Assembly (NCBI RefSeq): GCF_006345805.1
Contig: NC_043000.1
Location: 148,614,001 to 148,678,000 of the forward strand
From: Octopus sinensis
Taxonomy: Eukaryota
DNA length: 64,000 nucleotides
Reading direction: 5' to 3'
Of this stretch, positions 22,426 through 34,390 are shown in pieces (position 1 is the stretch's first letter; the number at the start of each line of letters is the position of its first letter). The notes under the pieces are model-generated. The model did not search any database. It was not told the DNA's origin and saw only the letters and a list, made by a program, of their open reading frames with translations. The position numbers and the translations under genes are program-made.

Positions 22426-23388
22426 CCTATTTCTTTATTACCCACAAGGGGCTAAACATAGAGGGGGAAAACAAGGACAGACATAGGTATTAAGTTGATT
22501 ACATCGACCCCAGTGCATAACTGGTGCTTAATTTATCGACCCCGAAAGGATGAAAGGCAAGTCGACCTCGGCGGAATTTGAACTCACAACGTAACGCAGA
22601 CGAAATACCTATTTCTTTATTACCCACAAGGGGCTAAACATAGAGGGGGAAAACAAGGACAGACATAGGTATTAAGTTGATTACATCGACCCCAGTGCAT
22701 AACTGGTGCTTAATTTATCGACCCCGAAAGGATGAAAGGCAAAGTCGACCTCGGCGGAATTTGAACTCACAACGTAACGCAGACGAAATACCTATTTCTT
22801 TATTACCCACAAGGGGCTAAACATAGAGGGGGAAAACAAGGACAGACATAGGTATTAAGTTGATTACATCGACCCCAGTGCATAACTGGTGCTTAATTTA
22901 TCGACCCCGAAAGGATGAAAGGCAAAGTCGACCTCGGCGGAATTTGAACTCACAACGTAACGCAGACGAAATACCTATTTCTTTATTACCCACAAGGGGC
23001 TAAACATAGAGGGGGAAAACAAGGACAGACATAGGTATTAAGTTGATTACATCGACCCCAGTGCATAACTGGTGCTTAATTTATCGACCCCGAAAGGATG
23101 AAAGGCAAAGTCGACCTCGGCGGAATTTGAACTCACAACGTAACGCAGACGAAATACCTATTTCTTTATTACTCACAAGGGGCTAAACATAGAGGGGGAA
23201 AACAAGGACAGACAAAGGGGTTAAGTTGATTACATCGACCCCAGTGCATAACTGGTGCTTAATTTATCGACCCCGAAAGGATGAAAGGCAAAGTCGACCT
23301 CGGCGGAATTTGAACTCACAACATAACGGCAGACGAAATACCGCAAAGCATTTCGCCGGCCTGCTAACGTTTCTGCCAGCTCGCCGCC
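22426..23388 (-). repeat. Tandem array derived from SINE-A2: four 182-183-bp headless units plus one full-length unit
   Basis: Unit starts (cctatttc) at 22426, 22608, 22791, 22974, 23157. Confidence 0.95.
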
Positions 23389-23731
23389 TTTACTACCATC
23401 ATCCCCCACTCCATCAAAATCAGCCACGCTACAGATAACCAACATCACAAGCAGCAGCCAATCCCATTCCGCATCCGAACCAACAACTATAGCAAAGAAA
23501 CCTGGCACGTAGAGTGCTGTCAAGCGCTCACAGCGCTCTCCTTGTTGGCCAATGTGGTCGGTAGAGATTCCACGATGGTGTTTTATCGAGGGTTAGTGAC
23601 GAGCAAGAGAGATTACGTTCTAGGGAAGGCTCTGAAGATCGACAAAAATCAACTAACAAGTCTATTCTGGAGGACTTTTAGACTGGGGCTCATCGATAAT
23701 TTCCTAAAATACCTCGCTTGGCAGTGCTACC

Positions 23732-23959
23732 CATTTCTTTATTACCCACAAGGGACTAAACACAGAAGGGACAAACAAGAACAGACATTGGTATTAAGTC
23801 GATTACATCGACCCCAGTGCGTAACTGGTACTTAATTTATCGATCCCGAAAGGATGAAAGTTAAAGTCGACCTCGGCGGAATTTGAACTCACAACATAAC
23901 GGCAGACGAAATACCGCTAAGCATTTCGCCCGACGTGCTGACGTTTCTGCCAGCTCGCC
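23732..23959 (-). mobile_element. SINE-A2, full length, inserted in Tx1 ORF2
   Basis: 11-bp TSD gcagtgc(t/c)acc at 23721-23731 and 23960-23970. Confidence 0.9.
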
Positions 23960-24849
23960 GCAGTGCCACCGGTAGGCATTGCCAGTTCGAGATAACCTCC
24001 AAAGGCACGGAAGTGCCGTCAGCCGAACCTGCTCGAGAGGAGTGCGAAGAAGGACAAAACCGTTTCGCACGCGCTCGTCTAGTGCCCGAGCATTGCTGAC
24101 TTGTGAAGTCACATGTAAAGATGAAACTAGTTTTCAGTTGAGCCCAATGTGAAGATCGTCCAGTCGCTTTCATTTTGCCCCCCGAGAGGGACAGGCATTG
24201 TGTATCCGTCTGGTGTTCTTACCAAAATAGATTGTGTGATGGACCTGATTGAAAGGGTTGAAGACAGATACCGTCCTCTTTGACCAAGCTCTCATCAACT
24301 CTTTCTAGTTTCACTTGCAAAGGACAGTGAAACAGAGAGAGAAGTACTTCTTCCCTGTAAATTTGCTGAAAGGGGAATGAGAGTAGTGAGCTTGGTCCGA
24401 GTGAATGGGCCCACTCTGAGCCTGTAGATTGAAGAGCAACAACATGGAGAAGGCATTTCCCTTAGTGGTCAGGGTGACCGTAGTTTTGTGGGATCTCCAC
24501 GAGCAGCCCCTTGGGGGTCTACCTCCTTTTAAAGAATTATTCATTGTTAGAATTTATTGTCACCGCTATTCTTCTGTTTTCGTTCGCTTTCATGTAATTC
24601 CACATTGCATCGCCCTGCAGCATCTTCAGCGGTCTTGTGAACCCTCAGGGGTTAATAAAGGAACGTTGTTTTTGGTGGTGGTGGTGGTGGTGGTGGTGGT
24701 GGTGGTGGTGACGGTGGGGATGGTGTTGGCAGCGGTGGTGGTATTTTTGTTACTATTATTATTGAGCTGCATTGAATCAGATGACGTTAGCAAACATTGT
24801 CACAAGACTATTTTGTGAATGTCAGTGTATTTGCGTGTCTGTATGTTTA

Positions 24850-25491
24850 TGTATGTATGTATGTATGTATGTATGTATGCATGCATGTATGTATGTATGT
24901 ACGTATGTATGTATGTGGCTGATGTGTTTGTGTCATTGAACGTTGTTTACATTTTTATATGTCAGTGTATTGTTTTTGTCAGTATTTGTATGCCTGTGAC
25001 ATAAAGAATGAATGTGTGTGTGTAAGTGTTTGTGCGTGTGTGTGTGTACGTGTGTGTGTGTACGTGTGTGTGTGTGTGTGTTTGTGTGCACGTGTGTGTG
25101 TGCACGTGTGTGTGTGTACGTGTGTGTGTGTACGTGTGTGTGTATGTATGTGTGTGTGTTTGTGTGCACGTGTGTGTGTGCACGTGTGTGTATGTACGTG
25201 TGTGTGTGTGTTTGTGTGCACGTGTGTGTGTGTACGCGTGTGTGTGTGTGTGCGTTTGTGTGCACGTGTGTGTGTGCACGTGTGTGTGTGTACGTGTGTG
25301 TGTACGTGTGTGTGTGCACGTGTGTGTGTACGTGTGTATGTGTACGTGTGTGTGTGTACGCGCGTGTGTGTGTGTGTGTGTGCACGTGTGCACGTGTGTG
25401 TGTGCACGTGTGTGCACGTGTGTGTGTGTACGTGTGTGTGTGTACGTGTGTGTGTACGTGTGTGTGTATGTGTGTGTGTGTGTGTTTGTGT

Positions 25492-25527
<36 letters not shown>

Positions 25528-25560
25528 TTATGTGTGTGTACGTGTGTGTGTGTGTACGTG
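24850..25560. repeat. (TATG)n then a complex (GT)n tract punctuated by GCAC/GTAC
   Basis: Directly visible. Confidence 0.95.
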
Positions 25561-25738
25561 CGTATTTGTCAGACTGACCTTGAAAATTTTCATTTTGGAA
25601 ATTGGACGTTGGTGATAATTTATGGTAATTTGAAGAATATAGGATCTGAAATGTACTCTAAGAAGAAAAAGCCTGTTAGAAAAAAAATGTACTATAATAT
25701 ATTTAACAGAGATGCTTCAATTTCGATGTGGAAGCATA

Positions 25739-26139
25739 CTCTCTTTTACTCTTACTCTTTTACTTGTTTCAGTCATTTGACTGCGGCCATGCTGGAGCAC
25801 CGCCTTTAGTCGAGCAAATCAACCCGGGACTTATTCTTTGTAAGCCCAGTACTTATTCTATCGGTCTCTTTTGCCGAACCGCTAAGTAACGGGGACATAA
25901 ACACACCAGCATCGGTTGTCAAGCAATGCTTGGGGGACAAACACACACACGCATATATATATATATACATATATACGACGGGCTTCTTTCAGTTTCCGTC
26001 TACCAAATCCACTCACAAGGCTTTGGTCGGCCCGAGGCTATAGTAGAAGACACTTGCCCAAGGTGCCACGCAGTGGGACTGAACCCGGAACCATGTGGTT
26101 GTTAAACAAGATACTTACCACACAGCCACTCCTGCACCT
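25739..26139 (-). mobile_element. SINE-B, full length
   Basis: Matches other B copies. Confidence 0.92.
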
Positions 26140-26438
26140 ATATTTAGGATTTTTTTAAATATAACAGAGATGCAAGGACTGCAAAGTAAAAATGATAGTT
26201 ATAGTTTGAAGCAATGGGTTCTATTCAATGAGATCTTGTGCGATGTTGCCTGTCAGCAAATTAGGCTCTTCTGAAAGTATTTTATTTTCTCAGTAAATTA
26301 GACGCTGCTTGATGTAAAGACCGGCTGGAAAGCCAAGGTATCAGTTCTTGAGAAGCCCGTATAGAATCTCTGATGCGACATTGCATCTTTAAACAATGCG
26401 TTAAAACTTTCATGCCTTTCTCTCGCTGCTCCAATGTA

Positions 26439-26998
26439 TTGGGTTGTCCGGAAAGTTCGTGCCGATTTATAGTAGCTTAACTTTCGACTTATTTTAGAAC
26501 ATGGTTGAGTCCGTACAATAGGATTTGACTACACCTCCATTTAGAACTCAGTTTAAGCTATCTTTTCGTGGAAGAAGATTTATGTTCCTATAACCTGTGT
26601 TAATTCTGTAACCCTTTAAAATGGAAGATAAGAAAGTTCATTTTCGGCACTTGATGCTTTGGGAACCAGACAAAAATTGCTGCAGCTCGGCTGGGATGTG
26701 TTACCCCACCCTCCATATTCACCAGATATTGCTCCTTCGGATTTCTACTTATTCAGATCTCTGCTGAATAGTTTTAATGGTAAAAATTTCAATTCCTTGG
26801 ATGACGTAAAAAGATACCTTGATGAATTCTTTGCCATGAAACCACCTCAATTCTGGGAAGAGGGTATTTTCAAGTTAAAGGTAAGATGGAGACGCATTGT
26901 GCAACAAAATGGTTCATATTTGGTTGATTTAAAATGTAATAGCAAGTATTTATTAACCTTTCCTTTAAAAATCGGCACGAACTTTCCGGACAACCCAA
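26439..26998 (+). mobile_element. Internally deleted mariner (Tc1/mariner) element
   Basis: Perfect 30-bp TIRs ttgggttgtccggaaagttcgtgccgattt (26439-26468 / 26969-26998) with TA on both sides; N-terminal MEDKKVHFRHLML (ATG 26621) fused to C-terminal LGWDVLPHPPYSPDIAPSDFYLF (mariner YSPDLAPxD motif). Confidence 0.95.
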
Positions 26999-27700
26999 TA
27001 GAATGGCCGAGTGAATGTAGAAGTACCAGTTCACGGGTCTTCGATTCAAATCCGCTGCATACGATTAGCCGTTGTCATCATTGTTGTTCTTGAAGCTGTT
27101 GCTCTTGTTGTTGTTGTTGTTGTTGTTTACGACACCAGTATTCTTCAAACAGACATGAACATCACAACTTCAAATGAACTCTTTCTTTTAAGTTATAGGG
27201 GTTTGTAGCCAAAAGAAATCAACGCATCAACGCAACTAGTCATAACAGTAACATATCAATCAAAGAGTCACCAACATGTATTTTGTTCCTGACATTATGC
27301 GTCGTTTATGGCCAGAGCATTCAATTTTTTTCTTACTTTATTCAGATAACTGTAAACATGTCTCAGAGGAAGAAGTGGCTATTAAGCGTTAGGTCAGTCT
27401 TCGTCTGGCTTTGGACAACCCAAATATTTTTATTAACTTCTTGTATCTAGAACTACGTAAACCAATGTACCCCACCCTGTTCAAGACAGTAGAATATAGT
27501 TTGGGGAGATTTTGCTACAATTTCTAGCAGGTCGGAAAATTACGTAAAATTACGTGTTTTTGAAGTTTTGTGATCCGGACACATTCTTCCCTTGAGCAAG
27601 TGTGTCTTTCATTGACAGTACACGCAGAAACCTGGGCTATGTAACTACCTTTAAAATTCCGTGCAATAAGGTAAAAAGGAACGAAATATGTTGGTAATAT

Positions 27701-27964
27701 CACGTGATCACGTGACCGACCAGACCATCAGATGTTGTTACACATCGCTGGTCACAATGCATTCGCATTGTTTTAGCCTTCGAACGACGCCACCCCGCTG
27801 GCTAAGCGAGCAGGCCAACAGAAGAAAGTGGGAGAAAGATCACCACCCCCTGCCGGAGCCTCGTGGAGCTTTTAGGTGTTTTCGCTCAATAAACACACAC
27901 AACGCCCGGTCTGGGAATCGAAACCGCGAGTCCGCTGCCCTAACCACTGGGCCATTGCGCCTCC
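27701..27964 (-). mobile_element. SINE-G (C-type head, third tail type)
   Basis: 13-bp TSD atgttggtaatat at 27688-27700 and 27965-27977; tail ...ggcctgctcgcttagccagcggggtggc...ggtcacgtgatcacgtg. Confidence 0.85.
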
Positions 27965-27989
27965 ATGTTGGTAATATAATGAGCAGAAA

Positions 27990-28200
27990 TAAGGCGACGA
28001 ACTGGTATGATCGTTAGATCGCCGGGCAAAATGCTAAGCAGCATTTTGCCCGTCTTTACGTTCTGAGTTCAAATTCCGCCGAGAGCCGACTTTGTTTTCA
28101 TCATTTCGGGGTTAATAAAATAAGTAGCAGTTGAACACTGAGGTTGATGCAATGAAATTACCTCCGAACTTGCTAGCCATGAGCCAACATTTGAAACCAA
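27990..28200 (+). mobile_element. SINE-A1, diverged
   Basis: Aligns to the SINE-A consensus. Confidence 0.75.
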
Positions 28201-28844
28201 TATAACGACCAGAACTTATTTCATCGAACAGTACATGACTGAACTTAAAATATTTAATCCAGACGATCGAAAGACGAATAAATTTTATCCTAATGGGAGT
28301 TCAGTGCAGACGAACGTAATTATTACTATTAATCTATCACTTCAGTTTCTATAATTAATTTTGGTCTGGATTATATTGAAATCTTTTCCCCCCATCCTTG
28401 CAAGAGAATCAGAAAGGAGTAAACATGGCGGTGTGATTATTTTAATAAATATATCATTGAGAATGTATTATTTTTAAGATTACTTTACAGAAAATAACAT
28501 CAACGTTCAATAAATGTTTCCTGACTTCCGGAACGAAGGTAGATGGCTTTTACTGGTAACTCTTCTCTTTATAGCAGGGAATGAAATAAAAAATAGATTC
28601 TGAAAGCAATTATATTGCTGTGCTTTTTTACATTATATGTTGTTTGTTCATTTATTTATTTATTTATTTATTTTGTTCCAATCCTATCAATTGTACTGGG
28701 TTCTAAGGAATTAATTATGTGACCTTTTGTTATGTTAGAATCACGTGCGAACACACACACATCCTCCCACGCAAGTACAAAAAAATACACTTGCGCACAA
28801 GAGTATATAGGCAAAAACATACACATATACACGAATACGAACTA

Positions 28845-29245
28845 ATATGTGTGTGTGTCAGTGTGTGTGTGTGTGCGTGCGTGCGTATGTATATGTCAGT
28901 GTGTGTGTGTCAGTTGTCAGGGCGAGTGCATGTGTGTGTGTGTCAGTGTGTGTGTGTGTCAGTGTGTGTGCGTGTCTATGCGTGTGTGTGTGTGTCTCAG
29001 TGTGTGTGTGTCAATTGTCAGGGCGAGTACATGTGTGTGAGTCAGTGTGTGTGCGTGTCTATGTGTGTGTGTGTGTGTGTGTGTATGTGTGTGTGTGCGT
29101 GCGTGTGTATGTGTCAGTGTGTGTGTGTCAATTGTCAGGGCGAGTGCATGTGTGTGTGTCAGTGTGTGCGCGTCTATGTGTGTGTGTGTGTGTGTGCACG
29201 TGTGGTGTGTGTGTGTGTGTGTGTGTGGTGTGTGTGTGTGTGTGT
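28845..29245. repeat. (GT)n-derived minisatellite with three gtcagggcgagt cores
   Basis: Cores at 28916, 29017, 29134. Confidence 0.9.
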
Positions 29246-29569
29246 TACTAATAACTGGGCCGAACCGTTAAAAAAATTGCGCGAGATGAGGAATGTGTTT
29301 TAGCAAAAAGCAAAATAATATTTAATTGTTCCATATTTTTATAAATCTCCGCATTACATTTTGCTTTGCTAATTGTAATTCCAGCTTGACCTTAACCTAG
29401 TTATGCTTTTGATTGTATCTATATTGTTTGTGGCATTATTGTTTAGTTATATTGTTGGAGAATCCTAAAATAATTAAATCTTACATTCATCTCTAACGGC
29501 TTTGATTTTATAAAATTCATTTGGCTGGAAACCAGCTTAATGAAGCCTCTCTCTCTCTTTCCAAGGAAT

Positions 29570-30120
29570 TTTTGATTGGAAGCACTCCGTCGTTAATTTC
29601 ACGAGCAGGCTGTTCCGTTGATCGGATCAACCGGAACCCTCGTCGTCGTAACCGACGGAGTACCAGTCCCAAGACTGTCGATTAAACCAAAATATACATA
29701 TATCTTCACGAAAATTAATATTCTGAGGCCAATGGGAAGCACTCCGTCGGTTACGACGACGAAGGTTCCGATTGATCCGAATCAACGGAACAGCCTGCTC
29801 GTGAAATTAACGTGTAAGTGGCTGAGCATTCCACAGACACGTGTAGTACCCTTAACGTAGTTCTCGGGGATATTCAGCGTGACACAGAGAGTGACAAGGC
29901 CGGCCCTTTGAAATACAGGTACAACAGAAACAGGAAGTAAGAGTGAGAGAAAGTTGTGGTGAAAGAGTACAGCAGGGATCACCACCATCCCCTGCCGGAG
30001 CCTCGTGGAGCTTTTAGGTGTTTTCGCTCAATAAACACTCACAACGCCCGGTCTGGGAATCGAAACCGCGATCCTATGACCGCGAGTCCGCTGCCCTAAC
30101 CACTGGGCCATTGCGCATCC
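29570..30120 (-). mobile_element. Composite SINE-C insertion (full copy + spacer + inverted tail fragment)
   Basis: 11-bp TSD ttccaaggaat at 29559-29569 and 30121-30131 encloses all parts. Confidence 0.85.
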
Positions 30121-30543
30121 TTCCAAGGAATATAGCTTGGAGAGCACTACTAGCTTACAACACACCCGTCAATTACACATAGACGTTGCTTACAACTGTG
30201 GTCAACAGTACTTTCTTGTGGTACTTATTTACAGTTAACTGAAATTAGTAACCAAAAATCTGAGTGATTTGCCCATGAGCAACACAATGTCGGGAACGAG
30301 ATACGCATGGATGACTTTTCGATTGCTAAAACATTAACAGGCTTTCTTTAATGTGAGGATTTCTTTTGATCAAGCCATTAATTCCTGTAGTTTAGAAGGA
30401 GTTAAGTTGAAGCTGTGAAGTTCATGCCTCTCTGAAGAGCATTGGCGTCATAAATTACATGGTTTTACTGGGAGGGATGGAGATCAAAGACTGTCGCCAA
30501 TCTGGTCTCTAACAAGAACCTACTAGCGACAGCATTCGATAGA

Positions 30544-30691
30544 CTCTCTCTCTCTCTCTTCCTCTCTCTCTCTTTCTCTCACTCACTCACTTTCCCTCTC
30601 TCCCTCTCTATCTCTCTGTTTCTCTCGGTCTCTCTCTCTCTCTTACTTTCCGTCTTTCTCCTCTCTCTCTCTCTCTCTTTCTGTCTTTCTC

Positions 30692-30747
<56 letters not shown>

Positions 30748-31112
30748 ACTTTCTGTCTTTCTCCTCTCTCTCTCTCTCACACTTTCTGTCTTTCTCCTCT
30801 CTCTCTCTCACATTTTCTGTCTTTCTCCTCTCTCTCTCTCTCACTTTCTGTCTTTCTCTCTCTCTCTCTCTCTCTCACACACTTTTCGTCTTTCTCCTCT
30901 CTCTCTCTCTCACACTTTCTGTCTTTCTCCTCTCTCTCTCTCTCACACTTTCTGTCTTTCTCTTCTCTCTCTCTCACTTTCTGTCTTTCTCTCTCTCTCT
31001 CTCACTTTCTGTCTTTCTCCTCTCTCTCTCTCTCTCTCTCTCACTTTCTGTCTTTCTCCTCTCTCTCTCTCTCTCTCTCTCACTTTCTGTATTTCTCCTC
31101 TCTCTCTCTCTC
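30544..31112. repeat. Polypyrimidine minisatellite, ~30-bp unit cactttctgtctttctc(ct)n
   Basis: Directly visible. Confidence 0.95.
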
Positions 31113-32119
31113 TAATATTAGTAATATGTTATTCCTTTTCAAACAATCTGCAATTATAGGTTTGTGATAAATTGTGGCAGTAATAAATATTCGATGTCAA
31201 TAGACGTCTTTAGTACCTTTGGAAATGGCATAATAGTCACAATTTTCCATTCTCCAAATCATTTTCAGGTTTCTTGCTTTGAAATATTGGATATTTGAAA
31301 ACGGACGTTCAGACAAACAGACGATCAAAGAAAGCCTACATTAGTGTGTGCGTGTCTGTGCGCGCGCAACCAGACCATAAATGCATTAGTTGACCTCATT
31401 TACGGGCTTGCATAGTCAGGTACTATCCAACAAACACATCAATATGCAAGGAAGTCGTTATTATTGGCATATTACTGTATTGAGAATTCACATAACATTC
31501 TGTGTCCAGGCCCAGGCGGAATTCACTCCTAAATCGATCAGCTTTCCAAATAACGACGTTTAATTAATTACATTAAAATTCATAACAGAAATCGGGGACA
31601 AACTAATTGAAATTTATGCTATGTTAAATTGTGTGTGGTGAGATGACCGTTCACTGCCAGTACCGAACAGATGTCGCTGAAATGCTTCAACATTTCAAAA
31701 CCTGAAAACGGAACTCAAACCAACCAGCTAGCCAACCAACCGGTTCAAAGACGATTTCCAAGTGTAAATTGTCGGTTCTATTGAATACCATCTTTTGATC
31801 CTAAGAATTAAAGTCTCGCTGTGTGCTATTTCATAAGAGGTCGAACTTTTGCTAATTAACCAGTCAAAGACTTCATAGGAGACTTCCAAGTATAGATTAT
31901 CGGTTCTCTCGAAAAATTCTGTTTGATCCTACGAATTTAAACTTCTTTGGGTAAAAATTTATAAAAGCTGGAGTGTGTATGCTAATTAGACCCTTTTGGA
32001 ATCGAAAAAAAGCACATTTGACTTCCGCTCCGTATCCTACAAGATCCTTAAAATAATTCCAGAAAATATTATCTCGTCGTATTAAATATTTATTATCTAA
32101 GTTCAGTATTCTATATCCT

Positions 32120-32275
32120 CATTTTACGTTCTGAGATCAAATTCCACCGAGGCCGACATTGCCTTTCATCCTTTCGGTGTCGATAAAACAAATACCGGTT
32201 AAACACTGGATTCAATGAAATCGACTTAACCCCTCCCCCAAAATTGCTGGCCTGGCGCCAAAATCTGAAACCAAA
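32120..32275 (+). mobile_element. SINE-A1, 3' part
   Basis: B-box remnant, central block and A1 tail. Confidence 0.75.
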
Positions 32276-32348
32276 ATTTTTTCTATTCTCATCAGAATGG
32301 CTTCGAGGAAGAGCAAATAATTACTCATCTTGATCTCCAACTTTTGAC

Positions 32349-32664
32349 TGGCACTCCGTCGCTAACGATGACAAAGGTTCCAGCGATCCGATCAACAAGA
32401 CAGCCTGCTCGTGAAATTAACTTTCAAGTGGCTGGGTACTCCACAGACACGCGTAATCTTAATATAGATCTCAGTGAGATTCAGCGAGACACAGAATGTA
32501 ACAATGCTGGCCCTTTTGAAATCCAGGTACTGCTTATTTTTACCAGCTGAGTAGACTGATGTGACATGAAATAAATTTCTTGCTCAAGAGACACAACGCG
32601 CTGCGAGGAATCGAGCTCACGACCTTATGATCGTGAGCTTTACCACTAATCCACGCACCTTCAC
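32349..32664 (-). mobile_element. Chimeric SINE: F-type head with C-type tail, diverged
   Basis: Head ...gtgtctcttgagcaagaaatttatttc; tail ...ttaatttcacgagcaggctgtc...gacggagtgcca. Confidence 0.75.
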
Positions 32665-33371
32665 TCTCCTACTTCGAGGTAAAATAACAAATGCTTGTGA
32701 CTCCCTTTGCGGAATCTAAAATTACTTTCACAATATTTCTAGACATCCAAAATGTTACTTACTACGAAAGAACATCAAATGCTTAAACTCAAAATTACAG
32801 ATTTATGAAGCATAGAAACTAATTTGCTTAAAAGCTACCAAACGGATTGGATACAGTGTCTAAAACTAGATGACATTTGATTTCTAGAAACTAGTATTAA
32901 CAAAGACAGCCCCACCCAGGCTTCAACTAAAGTGATATTGGAATATTGCATGAGAAACTGATCAACGAACTTTTCAATGTTCTCTGTCGTAGGAGAGTTT
33001 GTACAAGAGTTCAATAAATCCAATTTAAATCGTGAGAAGTGAAGTATCTAACATTCTGCACTACTACCGTTCGTTTGTTAGTGAGGAAGATAGAGAGAAG
33101 TTTAGATAGTCACTTTTTAAATGAAGGAGTTGAAATGAAGAGAGGCGGTGAAAAGGTGAAAAATTTGGAGTACGATATAGAATCGGTGGAGTGGAGACTA
33201 AAATTAGAGAGAGAAGGTAGAAAGAGCTAACACCACAGACCTTGCAGGAAAGAGATATGGAGTTCAAATTGAGATAGAGAAAGCTGAAGCTAAATGGAGT
33301 AAGACAAACAACGCACACACTCAGAAGGCCATATTTTGAAAAAGTATTGTATGCAACTAAAAGCATTCATA

Positions 33372-33740
33372 GGCGCTGGCGTGACTGTGGGGTAGGAGCT
33401 TTGCTTCCCAACTACATAGTTCTGGGTTCAGTCCCGTTACGTTGCACCTTGGGCAAGTGTCTTCTTCTAGAGCACCGGGCCGATTAAAGCATTGTGAGTA
33501 GACTTGGTGGACGGAAACTGAAAGAAGCCCGACGTATATATGTGTGTATGTGTATGTTTTCCTACCACTACTGCTTGATAACTGTTTACGTTCCAGTAAC
33601 CTAGCGGTTCGATAAAAGAGACCGATAGAATAGTACCAGACTTAAAAAATAAGTCCTGATGTCGATTTGTTCGACTAAACCCTTCAAGTCGGTACCCCAG
33701 TATGGTTGCAGTGCAATGACAGAAACAAGTAAAAGATAGA
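33372..33740 (+). mobile_element. SINE-B, old diverged copy
   Basis: Head, CORE-like block and aacaagtaaaaga tail recognisable. Confidence 0.8.
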
Positions 33741-34390
33741 ACATAGAAAATCTTTAGTTAATACAGGTGTGTAAATCATATTTAACATGTTCGTGTACAC
33801 TCAGACATAGAAAGACATACACTGAAGAAATTATCCCGAGATAAAAATTCTCCCCTTTGAAGACAATACGAGTGAAAAAAAGACAATTGGGTTATAAGTG
33901 ACGTTATCGGACCGTAGGACAAATGCACTTCTGTGCCTGATACCAAGTCGTCATTCATAGCCACTAAGAATTGGTTGTTTTTATATGTCAAAACAGCAGA
34001 TTGTACAGTTACTGATTAATGCAATGCTTTGTCGCTCTGGAATTAATTAATTAGAGGCTTACCAAGAAGAACTGAATGAAATATAGGCGTGTCTAATCAT
34101 ATTTACCGCATTCATGTACACTAGAATATGAAAAGATATACGCTGCATTAATTGTCTGGAGAGTAAAAATTCTCTTATAGACGATATCTGTTTTTCCCAC
34201 ACGTTTTCCCACGTGATTGTACACGCCTGTATTTTAATTCACTGTTACTTAATGTGCCTCTAATTAATTTAGTTAATAGTTATGATTATGAACGAGGGGA
34301 AAGCTAGAGATTTAGATCGTGAGAGGGAGGCCAGGAGAACAAAACAGAGAAGATGAAGGATAGGAAAGAAAAGACAGGGGTAGAGCCAAA

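Larger units (their letters stand above)
21430..24663 (+). mobile_element. L1/Tx1-clade element, internally deleted: ORF1 relic (~21430-23520) joined to ORF2 C-terminus and 3'UTR
   Basis: ORF1 zinc-knuckle relic KCHFCGDERHFKVFSP; ORF2 FRLGLIDNFLKYLAWQC-[SINE]-ALPVRDNLQRHG...; ends in AATAAA at ~24654; homologous to 5440-6183. Confidence 0.75.

Noticed and set aside
22426-23388. CRISPR-like interpretation of the regular arrays (also 57686-59590)
   Set aside because: Units are wholly repeated with no unique spacers, there are no cas genes, and the context is eukaryotic
28421-28531. YY1-like AAACATGGCGG plus ETS ACTTCCGG as a housekeeping promoter (also AAAATGGCGGC at 40195-40205)
   Set aside because: Short motifs expected by chance in 64 kb; there is no linked exon or CpG enrichment
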